From an uncultured Gammaproteobacteria bacterium (GTDB lineage: Bacteria > Patescibacteriota > Patescibacteriia > 2-12-FULL-60-25), in contig CAZLRU010000001.1 of NCBI GenBank assembly GCA_964562155.1, positions 9,574 through 73,573 on the forward strand: a DNA stretch of 64,000 nucleotides. The letters are read 5' to 3'. The notes beneath the pieces were generated by a model, which did no database searches, was not told where the DNA came from, and worked only from the letters and a program-made list of their open reading frames with translations. The translations under genes were made by a program, and so were the position numbers. This document shows positions 25,978 to 36,563 of the stretch, one piece after another (position 1 is the stretch's first letter; every line of letters begins with the position of its first letter).

Positions 25978-27298
25978 AAAATGGGTAGGGCATTTTTTTC
26001 AAGCGAGTTGGCGACTCGCGGTGCTGCTTTTACCGTGGCAGACGCGTTGGTTTTTGGAGGGGCCGGCGTTAGGAGGATTTCCGTGGGAAGGAGGAAGGGT
26101 CTCCATCTATCTGTCCTGGATCCCCTTAGTTTCGACCGTTATTTTTTATGTGCTCTGCTCTCGCTTCTCTCAAGAAGGATGGGGTGGAAGAAGGGCTTGG
26201 ATAGCTGTCTCACTGTTCTTCTTTTTTTTGTCGGCCGTTTTTTCTTCACTGTATCTCCCCGCGACGTTGCAATGGTTGGCGGAGGTTTTCTTGTTGCTTG
26301 CGTTTGGAGCAGTGACTCTTCGTGCCATTGATTATCCTACGCTGTGTCGTTGGATTGTCTATGCGGTTTTTCCTCATGCAGTTCTTGGACTTATTCAATT
26401 CTCTGATCAGATCGTTTTTGGTTCGAAATGGTTAGGGATATCTTCACAGGTTCCATTAAGTCCAGGAGTGTCGGTTGTTGAATCGATGGGGCAACGATGG
26501 TTGCGTGCGTATGGAGGATTTCCGCATCCGAATATTTTGGGAGGGTGGTTGGTGGTTGGGGTTGGGTGTTTGCTTACGAGAGGATCGGAGATCGATTCTA
26601 AGCACTTATGGAGAAGATGGAGCGTTAAGGAGGGGGTTTGGGATTTGGGGTTGGTTTTGTTTTCTGTTTGCTTCGTGCTGACGTTTTCAAGAAGCGCCTG
26701 GGTTGCGTTGGGTGCTTTTCTTTTGGCGTTTGTCTGGAAAATGGCTCGTTCTGGATGCAGGCGTGCATGTCAGAAGGCGTTTGTTGCTTTTTTTCTGATG
26801 TTTACCGCGTGTGGGGCCACGGCTTTTGTTCAGCGCGCTTTGATTGTGACGCGTACTTTCCCGAGCGCTCGTTTAGAGGTGCAATCGCTGAATCAGCGAC
26901 AGGCGGGAATTTTGCACGGAAAACAGCTTTTTTTTGTTCACCCATGGCTTGGCGTGGGTCCACGTGTCAGCGCGTATGCGCTTGTTCAAGAAAGACATCC
27001 TTTGGACCAAACGATTCCGCTTCTTCCTCACAATGTTTTTTTGATGGCACTGGATGAGATCGGCGTGATCGGATATGTCCTTCTTGGGTGTCTGTTTTGG
27101 TGGTTCTTTTCCTGTTTGCAAGGGGTTCGACTGTCATATTTGCTGCCATTTTTTGTTATCTCCTCGCTTGATCACTACCCCTGGTCTACCTGGTCGGGGA
27201 TGGTTTGGACCATGCTTATTTTTTGCCTTGTTTTGGCTAAGGATTCCGCCCTTGACACCCCAGTCTCTCATTTGGCAAAGTGTGAGCACCGTGATTAG
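25943..27298 (+). CDS. O-antigen ligase / O-antigen polymerase family membrane protein
   Basis: It has 10 or more TM segments and the Wzy_C-like loop TFSRSAWVALGAFLLAFV. The track ORF starts at 25889; ATG 25943 or 25961 is more likely. It overlaps the upstream gene. Confidence 0.8.
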   Translation: MLSANSMGLIHKKWVGHFFQASWRLAVLLLPWQTRWFLEGPALGGFPWEGGRVSIYLSWIPLVSTVIFYVLCSRFSQEGWGGRRAWIAVSLFFFFLSAVFSSLYLPATLQWLAEVFLLLAFGAVTLRAIDYPTLCRWIVYAVFPHAVLGLIQFSDQIVFGSKWLGISSQVPLSPGVSVVESMGQRWLRAYGGFPHPNILGGWLVVGVGCLLTRGSEIDSKHLWRRWSVKEGVWDLGLVLFSVCFVLTFSRSAWVALGAFLLAFVWKMARSGCRRACQKAFVAFFLMFTACGATAFVQRALIVTRTFPSARLEVQSLNQRQAGILHGKQLFFVHPWLGVGPRVSAYALVQERHPLDQTIPLLPHNVFLMALDEIGVIGYVLLGCLFWWFFSCLQGVRLSYLLPFFVISSLDHYPWSTWSGMVWTMLIFCLVLAKDSALDTPVSHLAKCEHRD

Positions 27299-27321
27299 CA
27301 CTCGATGAGCATGAATGCTAA
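27295..27321 (+). promoter_or_regulatory. CIRCE operator upstream of groES-groEL
   Basis: TTAGCACTC-gatgagcat-GAATGCTAA; one mismatch in the right arm. Confidence 0.75.
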
Positions 27322-27362
27322 TCACCCGTTTATCTACTTAGTCTTTTCAGAGCTTTTAGCCT

Positions 27363-27656
27363 ATGAAGTTACGCCCTCTCGGAAACCGTGTGATTGTGAA
27401 GCCGGCTTCCAAAGAAGAAAAGACCTTAAGCGGGATTATTTTGCCCGATACGGTCGGAAAAGAGCGTCCGGAACAAGGCCAGGTGATGGAAGTTGGTCCG
27501 GGTCTTACGCTTGAGAATGGAACGGTACGTCCGATTGCTGTGAACGTGGGAGAAACGGTCGTGTTTAAGACATACGGTCCCCAAACACTCAAAGTGGAGA
27601 ATGAAGAATACTTGGTGATGGAAGAAAGTGATATTTTAGCCGTTCTTGAAAAATAA
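27363..27656 (+). CDS. groES: Co-chaperonin GroES
   Basis: 97 aa. MKLRPLGNRVIVKP...GIILPDT...GEVMEVGPG-type sequence. Confidence 0.97.
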   Translation: MKLRPLGNRVIVKPASKEEKTLSGIILPDTVGKERPEQGQVMEVGPGLTLENGTVRPIAVNVGETVVFKTYGPQTLKVENEEYLVMEESDILAVLEK

Positions 27657-27659
27657 TAA

Positions 27660-29318
<1,659 letters not shown>

Positions 29319-29346
29319 GATAGGTTGGTATAGCAATGGTATGAAA

Positions 29347-29376
29347 AGGATGGATCGAAAGATCCGTCCTTTTTTG
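29347..29376 (+). terminator. Rho-independent terminator of groESL
   Basis: AGGATGGATC-GAAA-GATCCGTCCT followed by TTTTTT. Confidence 0.8.
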
Positions 29377-29432
29377 CTATTAGCGCTTTCCCTCCAGACA
29401 GGAGGGAGCGGACTGTGTATCATAAAGACAGT

Positions 29433-30500
29433 ATGAAACGTTTTTTTGGCATGGCGTTGGTTGGGTGGGCGCTCGCTACCCCTGTGTGGGCGGCCACGTA
29501 CGATCTCCGACTCTCTTCTGAGAATGTGATGGTAGATCCGCGCAATATTATCGCCAAACAAACCGTGCGTATTTATGCCACGGTTGAAAATGTGGGTGAG
29601 CGTGATGCTGAGGCGGTCCTAGAGTTTTATGATGGACCTCGTAAGATTGGGAGTAAGCCCGTGTCTGTTCGGGCGGGAGGGAGGCCGGATGAGGTTTGGA
29701 TGCCCTGGACTCCCGACAGTGAAGGCGATCATTTGTTGCGTGTACGATTGGTAAGTGATTCGGATACGCCTGACGATAATCCAGATAATGGATTGATTGA
29801 ATTGTCTGTTTATTCCGATCATGATACCGATGGGGATGGATTTGGTGATCGAGTTGATCAGGATGATGATAATGACGGTGTTGTTGATGGGAACGATCAA
29901 TTTCCTCTAGATGCGCGTCGTCAAAAAGATACCGATGGAGACGGGATCGATGATAAAGAGGATGGTGATATTGATAACGATGGGCTCACGAATGACCAAG
30001 AGCGTCAGATGGGTACGGATCCTACAAGACGGGATACGGATGGGGATGGAGTTGGGGATAAGGAGGATCTTTTTCCTCTTGATTCTAAGCGTTCAAAAGC
30101 CGATCCTCCAAAACCCGTGGCAAGAGATCCATCTACGACTAAGACGACTGTTCTTCCTAAACCTACGGTGAATCCACCTTCTTCTACGATAAAGGCTTTG
30201 CCTGCTGCTACTGGTTTCGCCGCATCCTCATTTGTTGCTTCCTCGACTTCTTCCTCTGATCTTATTCAGCCCGTAACTCCCGCCGTGCTTGAACAGTTGG
30301 GGATTGTTCCTGCTGTTTCTAGCACATCTTCTGTTTCTGGAGAGCCTGCTCCCGTTGTTTCTGATGTTGTGTCTGCGTCGTCATTGCCTCTTGCTCCCAC
30401 TTCCGATGATTCAAGTGCAACCGTGCCTATTTTATGGGGTTTGGCTATTATTAGCGGGTTATTGGGAGGATGGTTTTTGTTTAAAAGTCGCGCCCGCTGA
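29433..30500 (+). CDS. Secreted, C-terminally anchored protein with a CARDB-like domain and thrombospondin type-3 calcium-binding repeats
   Basis: Signal peptide MKRFFGMALVGWALATPVWA. Repeated DTDGDGxxDxxDxDxDNDG motifs are followed by a Ser/Thr/Pro-rich linker and a terminal TM (WGLAIISGLLGGWFLF). The track ORF starts at GTG 29415. Confidence 0.8.
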   Translation: MKRFFGMALVGWALATPVWAATYDLRLSSENVMVDPRNIIAKQTVRIYATVENVGERDAEAVLEFYDGPRKIGSKPVSVRAGGRPDEVWMPWTPDSEGDHLLRVRLVSDSDTPDDNPDNGLIELSVYSDHDTDGDGFGDRVDQDDDNDGVVDGNDQFPLDARRQKDTDGDGIDDKEDGDIDNDGLTNDQERQMGTDPTRRDTDGDGVGDKEDLFPLDSKRSKADPPKPVARDPSTTKTTVLPKPTVNPPSSTIKALPAATGFAASSFVASSTSSSDLIQPVTPAVLEQLGIVPAVSSTSSVSGEPAPVVSDVVSASSLPLAPTSDDSSATVPILWGLAIISGLLGGWFLFKSRAR

Positions 30501-31203
30501 GTTTATTTAGGCGTTTGATGTTTTTCAGGTCTTTTAGAATGGATGGGGCGTGTGTTAGGCGCACGCGCGTGACCTCGCCATTGTGCCAACGGATAGGAAA
30601 TTCGCTGACGGTGAACGCGTGGAGGTGTGCGCGTGTGAGAAGTTCCACATCAAAAGCCCAGCCTGGGCAGTTCAATTCGCTGAATAGGGTTTTTGCTACT
30701 TGATTGCGAAAGGCTTTGCAGCCGCATTGCGTATCACGGTAGGGAAGGTGGAGATAGGTCCGAAGACACAGATTAAACAGTTGTCCGATCCAGGATCTGT
30801 ACCATGGTTGAGGTTTTGTGATGGAGGCTTGAGGGTGACGGCGCGAAGCAATGGCAACATCCGATTCTTTTAGGAGGTTGAATGCTTGCTGCAGCTCATC
30901 AGGATGGGTGGCTAAATCGGCATCCAGGAAGGCGATATACGTACCTATTGCTGAAGCAACACCTGTTTTCACGGCGGCCCCTTTTCCTTGGTTTATGGTG
31001 TGATGTATGAGATGAAGGTGCTCTTTTGGGTTTTCTGCTTGTACACGCTTGATGTGGTCGATGGTGTGGTCCGTTGAACCATCATCAACGACAATAATTT
31101 CGTAATCCCCTGATAATATACGAAGACTCGCCAACGTTGTGTTCAGGGCTTGTGTGATGGTTGTTTGTTCGTTGTAGGCAGGAATGATGATGCTGTATCG
31201 CAT
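30481..31203 (-). CDS. Family 2 glycosyltransferase (polyprenol-phosphate sugar transferase-like)
   Basis: MRYSIIIPAYNE...YEIIVVDDGSTDHT...FLDADL are GT2 signatures. Confidence 0.9.
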   Translation of the reverse strand: MRYSIIIPAYNEQTTITQALNTTLASLRILSGDYEIIVVDDGSTDHTIDHIKRVQAENPKEHLHLIHHTINQGKGAAVKTGVASAIGTYIAFLDADLATHPDELQQAFNLLKESDVAIASRRHPQASITKPQPWYRSWIGQLFNLCLRTYLHLPYRDTQCGCKAFRNQVAKTLFSELNCPGWAFDVELLTRAHLHAFTVSEFPIRWHNGEVTRVRLTHAPSILKDLKNIKRLNKLSGRDF

Positions 31204-31210
31204 GCGGTTC

Positions 31211-32131
31211 CTAGGTGTTTACCGGATTTTGTTTAAGTGAACAGAAGAGTTTTGTTTGCCAGGTGATGAACAAAGGAAGGAAGACTGCTTGTCCAAGTGT
31301 TACCAGAAAGTAGGCGTATCCTTGTGGAATCGTTTGGAAAATCGCATTCATTTTTTCTTCAGTTACAACGAGGCCAAAGAGGCTATCGAGTAAACCCGTG
31401 ACCACTAAGAACAGGATTAAAAAGATGAATCCTGGGAGGAGGAGGCGTATGAAGGTGGCCCAGAAGCGACCTTTTACGAGATGGTATGATTCGCTCAAGA
31501 TTCCAATGGATTTTTTTAGAGAGGGAACGTGCCATTTGTTTGTTCCTACGCTTGTAAAGGCCGCTTCTTGTCCTTCCGCATGTGTTAGGAGAATAAATGG
31601 CCAGAACGCAAGCTGTGTTGCGAGCCAAATGGCGGGTATGCCTAATATGAGGAGGCTCAAAGGAAATAAAACAACGACAAGGGCTTCTTGAGGGTGGCTT
31701 AGCATGATAAAGATGGGAAAGCCGATCCCTCCCAGCGCAATGGGGAGAGCGGCCCCGATCAGGGCAATGCGATGCAAGAGCTCGATCCAAAGGTATCCGC
31801 CAATGGCCGTTCCTCGCGCATTGATTTCCAGGGGGGATTTTTCTCCTTCTTGTTCTAGGATCGTTTGCATTAATCGAAGAGTCACCCAGATTTCAAAACA
31901 GTAGCTTCCAATCAGGATCAGGCTTCCAATGAGTGGATCAATGGCATTGGGAATGATCCCGTTTGCGAGTCCAATGAGGAGAACGGCTAATGCGGGAACG
32001 ATTAGCCAAATGGAAATGCGCGAAGTCTCTTTCCAGTGATCGCGAAACGCGCGCCAACTTGTTTTAATTAACGTGCCAATTGGAATGAGTGTTGGAGAGG
32101 AGGAAGAGCGGATACGGTGCAACGTGGGCAT
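31211..32131 (-). CDS. Hypothetical polytopic membrane protein
   Basis: 306 aa with six or more hydrophobic segments, tightly linked to the GT2 gene. Confidence 0.65.
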   Translation of the reverse strand: MPTLHRIRSSSSPTLIPIGTLIKTSWRAFRDHWKETSRISIWLIVPALAVLLIGLANGIIPNAIDPLIGSLILIGSYCFEIWVTLRLMQTILEQEGEKSPLEINARGTAIGGYLWIELLHRIALIGAALPIALGGIGFPIFIMLSHPQEALVVVLFPLSLLILGIPAIWLATQLAFWPFILLTHAEGQEAAFTSVGTNKWHVPSLKKSIGILSESYHLVKGRFWATFIRLLLPGFIFLILFLVVTGLLDSLFGLVVTEEKMNAIFQTIPQGYAYFLVTLGQAVFLPLFITWQTKLFCSLKQNPVNT

Positions 32132-32217
32132 AGTAAGGTTATTGTACGGGATGCCACGTAAGTACGCTAGCTGCGGACCTCGCTCCTCAGCCTAGCGTTC
32201 TGAGAGGCGAGATTTTT

Positions 32218-32967
32218 TTATTTTTCGGTTAGGAATTGGCAGACGTCATTTCCGACGGCTTCAGGGGATTGGTTGGCGTCAATCTCAATAATTTTTGTTC
32301 CAAGATCTTGATACGGTTTCAGAACTTCCGGTTCGCGGTAGCGGGCAATCAAACGTTCTTGAAAAGGGAGTTCTTCGTAAATATGTCCATCGATTTTGTC
32401 GAAACGACCACTCAAACGTTTCATGGCTTCATCGGAGGTGAGGCGGAGCAGAAAAAGAAGATCGGGGGGGCGAGAAAGCTCGGCGCGGTTTCCTTCCAAA
32501 GAAAGGAGCCAGTCGATGGTTACGCTTGTATCTTGCAAGGGCTGATAGGCGAGTGAGCTGATAACACCTCGTTCTTGGAGAACGAAACGATTGGGTTTTG
32601 CTTGTAAAAATGGGAGAATTACGCGGGTAAAGAGGACTTGGCGATCAAGGGCAAAGGCTTCTGCGGCTGCACGGGCGTGATAGCTGCGACCGACCTGGGT
32701 CTTGATGATTTCGTCGCGAATAGCGGCCCCGATCCAACAAAAAGTGGGTTCGGAAGAGATGAGGACGTCCGCATCGATTATTCCTGGTTCATCGACAGTT
32801 GGTAGCCGATGTTCGCGCTGTGTGTATTCCGATAAATTAAAAATCTTCTTCCCTTGTTTGGCGAGATGATCGGCCATGGCTTTGATGGCGGTGTATTTGC
32901 CGGCGCCATCGATAGCGTCGACGATGATGAGGGTGCCGGGGTGGGTCATAAGCGGTGTCGAGAACAT
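32218..32967 (-). CDS. Thymidylate kinase-family (dTMP kinase-like) protein
   Basis: P-loop IIVDAIDGAGKYT (compare Tmk GxDGxGKTT). The LID/NMP-binding region is divergent. It is the last gene of the dTTP module. Confidence 0.65.
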   Translation of the reverse strand: MFSTPLMTHPGTLIIVDAIDGAGKYTAIKAMADHLAKQGKKIFNLSEYTQREHRLPTVDEPGIIDADVLISSEPTFCWIGAAIRDEIIKTQVGRSYHARAAAEAFALDRQVLFTRVILPFLQAKPNRFVLQERGVISSLAYQPLQDTSVTIDWLLSLEGNRAELSRPPDLLFLLRLTSDEAMKRLSGRFDKIDGHIYEELPFQERLIARYREPEVLKPYQDLGTKIIEIDANQSPEAVGNDVCQFLTEK

Positions 32968-32982
32968 CGTTCCAATCTAGAT

Positions 32983-33459
32983 TTAAGAAGGTATTCGTTT
33001 GTAGGTAAGAAAAGAGAATTGGTTGTGATCTTCTCGTTTTGTGACATGCCATTCATTTAGGTCTATTTCCGGAAAAAACGTATCGCCTTCGTATACGGCA
33101 TGAATTTGGGTTAATTCGATTGTTTGTGCTAGTGGCAGGCATTCTTTGAATAATGCTGACCCTCCAATAATGCAGACTTCTTCTTTTGAGAGAATCGAGA
33201 GAGCTTCTGATAGATCATGAAACACCTCTCCTCCAGTAGCTGTAAATAACGGGTCTCGACTTACAACGACGTTTTTTCTTCCTGGGAGAGGACGATATTT
33301 TGTTGGGATAGACTCCCAGGTTTTTCGTCCCATAAGCACCGTTTTTCCTATGGTAATTTCACGAAAATGCTTTAAATCCTCTGGAATATTCCAAGGCAAC
33401 TGACCATTTTTCCCAATGCAGTTATTTGCAGCTTTGGCTGCAATGAGGGTGATGGACAT
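32983..33459 (-). CDS. folA: Dihydrofolate reductase
   Basis: 158 aa. ITLIAAKAANNCIGKNGQLPWNIPEDLKHFREITIGKTVLMGRKTWESIP...VCIIGG. Confidence 0.92.
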   Translation of the reverse strand: MSITLIAAKAANNCIGKNGQLPWNIPEDLKHFREITIGKTVLMGRKTWESIPTKYRPLPGRKNVVVSRDPLFTATGGEVFHDLSEALSILSKEEVCIIGGSALFKECLPLAQTIELTQIHAVYEGDTFFPEIDLNEWHVTKREDHNQFSFLTYKRIPS

Positions 33460-33462
33460 GGA

Positions 33463-34335
33463 TTAGATGGCTATTTCAAAGGGAATGCGTGGATAGCTTT
33501 CATAGCCTGATAAGATCGTATCTTCGCACTTCCAATCGTAGATAGAAGTGAAGGTAGGGGTTTCAATGCGTGAAAGAGGATAGCGATTTGGATCACGCGA
33601 GAGCTGTTCCTTGGCTCCATCCCTATGATTATCAAACAAGTGAACATCCGCCAAAAATCCAATTAACCGACCTTCCTCAAGCCCCGTTTCTTTAGCTAAC
33701 AAGTGAAGTAAGAGCGCGTAACTAGCAATGTTGAACGGCAGCCCAAGCATAATATCTACTGAACGTTGGTTCCAAAGGAGATTGAGCTTATTCCCGATCA
33801 CCGTTACTTGGAAGCCATAGTGACAAGGCGGCAACCCCATCTCCGGCAATGCAACTGGATTCCAGGCCATTACGATCATCCGCCGATCAGTCGGATTTGT
33901 TTTTAACGTTTCCACCACACGCTTTAATTGATCAATCCCTTTGCCGGTGTAGTCGGAATCATACGACTCGTAAGGGGCATTAAAATGACGCCATTGAAAC
34001 CCATAAATAGGACCCAAATCACGTTCTTCCAGCATACGTTTTTTTGCCTCTGGATCATGGCCATAGGGAGCTTTGTTTGGGTGCGCCCATTCATCCCAGA
34101 TGTGGTTATTTTTGTTTTGTAGCCATTGCTTATCCGTCATTCCTTTAATGAAAAATTCTAGTTCACTGGCAATCAGTCGTAACGGAATTTTTTTGGTGGT
34201 TAAAAGAGGAAACCCCTTGGCCATATCGTGTTCAAACATGGCACCGGCAATCGCCAGCACATCCGTCCCTTGACGAGTACTTTTTGGTTGGCCCGTTTCT
34301 AAAACATGACGAACAATATCTAAGTAAGCTTTCAT
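33463..34335 (-). CDS. thyA: Thymidylate synthase (ThyA type)
   Basis: TRQGT, IWDEWA, YGFQWRHF, catalytic LPPCH, QRSVD and GLPFNIASYALL are all conserved. Confidence 0.96.
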   Translation of the reverse strand: MKAYLDIVRHVLETGQPKSTRQGTDVLAIAGAMFEHDMAKGFPLLTTKKIPLRLIASELEFFIKGMTDKQWLQNKNNHIWDEWAHPNKAPYGHDPEAKKRMLEERDLGPIYGFQWRHFNAPYESYDSDYTGKGIDQLKRVVETLKTNPTDRRMIVMAWNPVALPEMGLPPCHYGFQVTVIGNKLNLLWNQRSVDIMLGLPFNIASYALLLHLLAKETGLEEGRLIGFLADVHLFDNHRDGAKEQLSRDPNRYPLSRIETPTFTSIYDWKCEDTILSGYESYPRIPFEIAI

Positions 34336-34353
34336 AGGTGTAATAATGTTGCG

Positions 34354-34785
34354 CTACTTAACTCCGGTTGTGCCGAAGCCGCCGCGGGAAGGTCCTTCGG
34401 CTGGGGCCTCGATCCATTCGGCGCGCTCGATGGGGAGGAAAAATCCTTGCCCTAACCGTTCGCCTTTGGTGATCATGACAGGTGTGTCGCCGGGGTTCCA
34501 GAGGGATAACTTGAGGATATCTTCCGGTCCGCAAAAATCCTGATCAATGACCCCGATTCCATTGGTGCTTATGAGTCCTTTTTTCCAGAAGAGCGAGGAG
34601 CGCGCGGCAATCATGAGCATGTAGCCTTTGGGAATGGCGATGATCAGACCGGTTGAGATTTTGGCGGCTCCTCTTGGTTCGACCGTGATATTTTCTGCTG
34701 AAGATAGATCAAATGCGACTGAGCCCCCGGTTTGATACTGCGGGAGCTCGATGGAGGGATCGGCGCGAGTGATGCGGACTTGCAT
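34354..34785 (-). CDS. dut: dUTP diphosphatase
   Basis: 143 aa. The motifs AFDLSS, ARSS, GVIDQDF and RGGFGTTG are typical of trimeric dUTPase. Confidence 0.93.
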   Translation of the reverse strand: MQVRITRADPSIELPQYQTGGSVAFDLSSAENITVEPRGAAKISTGLIIAIPKGYMLMIAARSSLFWKKGLISTNGIGVIDQDFCGPEDILKLSLWNPGDTPVMITKGERLGQGFFLPIERAEWIEAPAEGPSRGGFGTTGVK

Positions 34786-34803
34786 AGAAGAGCGGGGGGC
34801 AGA

Positions 34804-35358
34804 TCACTTGTTTACCCGTTTTAATAACGCTTCTATTTCTTCTTTGAGTTCTTCTAAAGAGCCATTATTTTTAATGTGTTCTTTGGCTTGTTTCATGACA
34901 CCGGGGATGCTGGCTTCGGTTGAGCGTTGGTCTTCTGCGAGGAACTGTTCTTTTGTCATTTCTGTCTCGCCTGCGTTTTGACCGCGCGCTTTGACACGTG
35001 CAAAACGGACATCGGCATCAACATCGATCTCAACAAGGATGAAGTGAGGGAGGGGGGAGAGGGTCGCGAGATCCATGTCGCGTCTGATTCCTTCGATCAC
35101 CACCAGGTCCGTGGAAGCCTTTGCCGCATCTTTGGCGATGACGTGTGAAAAGAGGTCTTCGCCAAACGCTCCTCGGAGGATTTCAGAAAGTTTGATGAGA
35201 TGATCGCGAGATTCTTCGAGATGCAGACGGCGTAAGACATCGCGCATGCTTGTACTGAAACTGAACACCGTTGCACCGTGTGTTTCTTTTAAATATTTCG
35301 CGACGGTGCCCTTGCCGCAACCCGCTTGGCCAACGAATCCCAGGATGAGAGAAGGCAT
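34804..35358 (-). CDS. P-loop nucleoside/nucleotide kinase-like protein
   Basis: 184 aa with Walker A GQAGCGKGT at the N-terminus. It is embedded between dcd and dut. Substrate unknown. Confidence 0.65.
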   Translation of the reverse strand: MPSLILGFVGQAGCGKGTVAKYLKETHGATVFSFSTSMRDVLRRLHLEESRDHLIKLSEILRGAFGEDLFSHVIAKDAAKASTDLVVIEGIRRDMDLATLSPLPHFILVEIDVDADVRFARVKARGQNAGETEMTKEQFLAEDQRSTEASIPGVMKQAKEHIKNNGSLEELKEEIEALLKRVNK

Positions 35359-35359
35359 A

Positions 35360-36460
35360 TTATTTTTTAAACCATTTGGCTAACTGCGGTCCTTGCTGTG
35401 TGCCATAATTTGATTTCAAATCTGATCCGTACAATTTTTCTGGAACGGTGAGCATGTGCTCGTAGACCATGAGACAGATGGGTTGGCCATCTCGCAACAC
35501 AAAGGGGTGTCCATAGCATTCAACTTCCAGGACGGCGATGGTGCCGCGTTCCTCATCTTTTTCTCGCCAGCCCCAGCCAGGATCAAAGAAGCCGGCAAAA
35601 TGCGAACGAAACTCGCCCTTGGAAGCATCATAGGAGACCATTTCTGTCGAGAATTCTGGAGGGGTGATGATACGTTCGCGGGTTGAGAGGATGTAAAAAT
35701 CACCCGGGTGAAGGACAAGCTCTTCGTTTTCCGGACGCATGATGTCTTCAAAGAATGCTCTTGAATCGTGGTCGAATCTAGCCGTGTCTAGAACGGCTTC
35801 TGGGGCTGTTTTTGCTCGCCACCCGATGCGTTCTTGCGAATGGAGATCGACCGTCATGGTGATGCCGCGGCCGACGTGGTCCTCATTATTTGGGATGATT
35901 TTTCCGTCGAGGGTGCGCAGCAGTTGATATTGGTTGAAGATGGCGTGATGTTCGTTTGTGGAAAGGCGGGCGTCGCCACGATAGAAACGCATTTGGTTGA
36001 TGCGATCGCCGGCGTGGACGCGCACAGGAAATGACTTGGGACTGACTTCGAGCCAGAGAGAGCCGGTATAGCCGGTGGGAATCTCGTCAAAGCGAGGAAC
36101 GCCGTCTGCGATAAGACGCGCCCGGAGGTTGATCCGGCCGGAAGAGCTTTTATTGCTTGTGGCCGCATGAATATCTGTTGGCAGCGTCAGAGATTCGGCG
36201 AGTTTGATGAGATAGATGCCATTGTGTTCCAGAGGCTGTTCAATATTGTGTTTGAAGAGGAGGCCGCGTTTTAAAATATCTTCAACCGATTCGCCTTTGC
36301 GAGGTAGGTATGAACCACGAACTCGATAGACTTCGTCGGTTAACGACAGGTCTAATGAAGCGGGTTGGACGGCGATGTCTTGCGTCACGCCATGTATAGC
36401 TCCAGAAGCCATGAGTTCGCGGATGGTTTGATAGGGCAAAGCGCCTTGAGAAGCTGGCAT
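35360..36460 (-). CDS. dcd: 2'-deoxycytidine 5'-triphosphate deaminase, long (~360 aa) form
   Basis: 366 aa with two dUTPase-like beta-barrel halves. Its length and overall sequence resemble the long DCD family, from memory of that family. Confidence 0.8.
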   Translation of the reverse strand: MPASQGALPYQTIRELMASGAIHGVTQDIAVQPASLDLSLTDEVYRVRGSYLPRKGESVEDILKRGLLFKHNIEQPLEHNGIYLIKLAESLTLPTDIHAATSNKSSSGRINLRARLIADGVPRFDEIPTGYTGSLWLEVSPKSFPVRVHAGDRINQMRFYRGDARLSTNEHHAIFNQYQLLRTLDGKIIPNNEDHVGRGITMTVDLHSQERIGWRAKTAPEAVLDTARFDHDSRAFFEDIMRPENEELVLHPGDFYILSTRERIITPPEFSTEMVSYDASKGEFRSHFAGFFDPGWGWREKDEERGTIAVLEVECYGHPFVLRDGQPICLMVYEHMLTVPEKLYGSDLKSNYGTQQGPQLAKWFKK

Positions 36461-36518
36461 AGAAAGATGGTCGCAGCTTAGCGGATGGGAACGCGGCAGC
36501 CAACCCCCCGGGTTCCTT

Positions 36519-36563
36519 AAAAAAACATCTCCCCGAAACCAGGGAAGTGGTTTCGGGGAGATG
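36519..36563 (-). terminator. Rho-independent terminator inside the dcd leader
   Basis: The minus strand reads CAUCUCCCCGAAACC-ACUUCCCU-GGUUUCGGGGAGAUG (15 bp) followed by U7. Confidence 0.8.

Noticed and set aside
33463-34335. Possibility that the ThyA homolog is a dCMP/dUMP hydroxymethylase involved in DNA hypermodification
   Set aside because: The catalytic Cys-His, the Asn of GLPFN (dUMP specificity), the folate-binding IWDEWA and the adjacent folA all fit a canonical thymidylate synthase. The only deviation noticed is Phe for Tyr in the D-x-H-L-Y motif.
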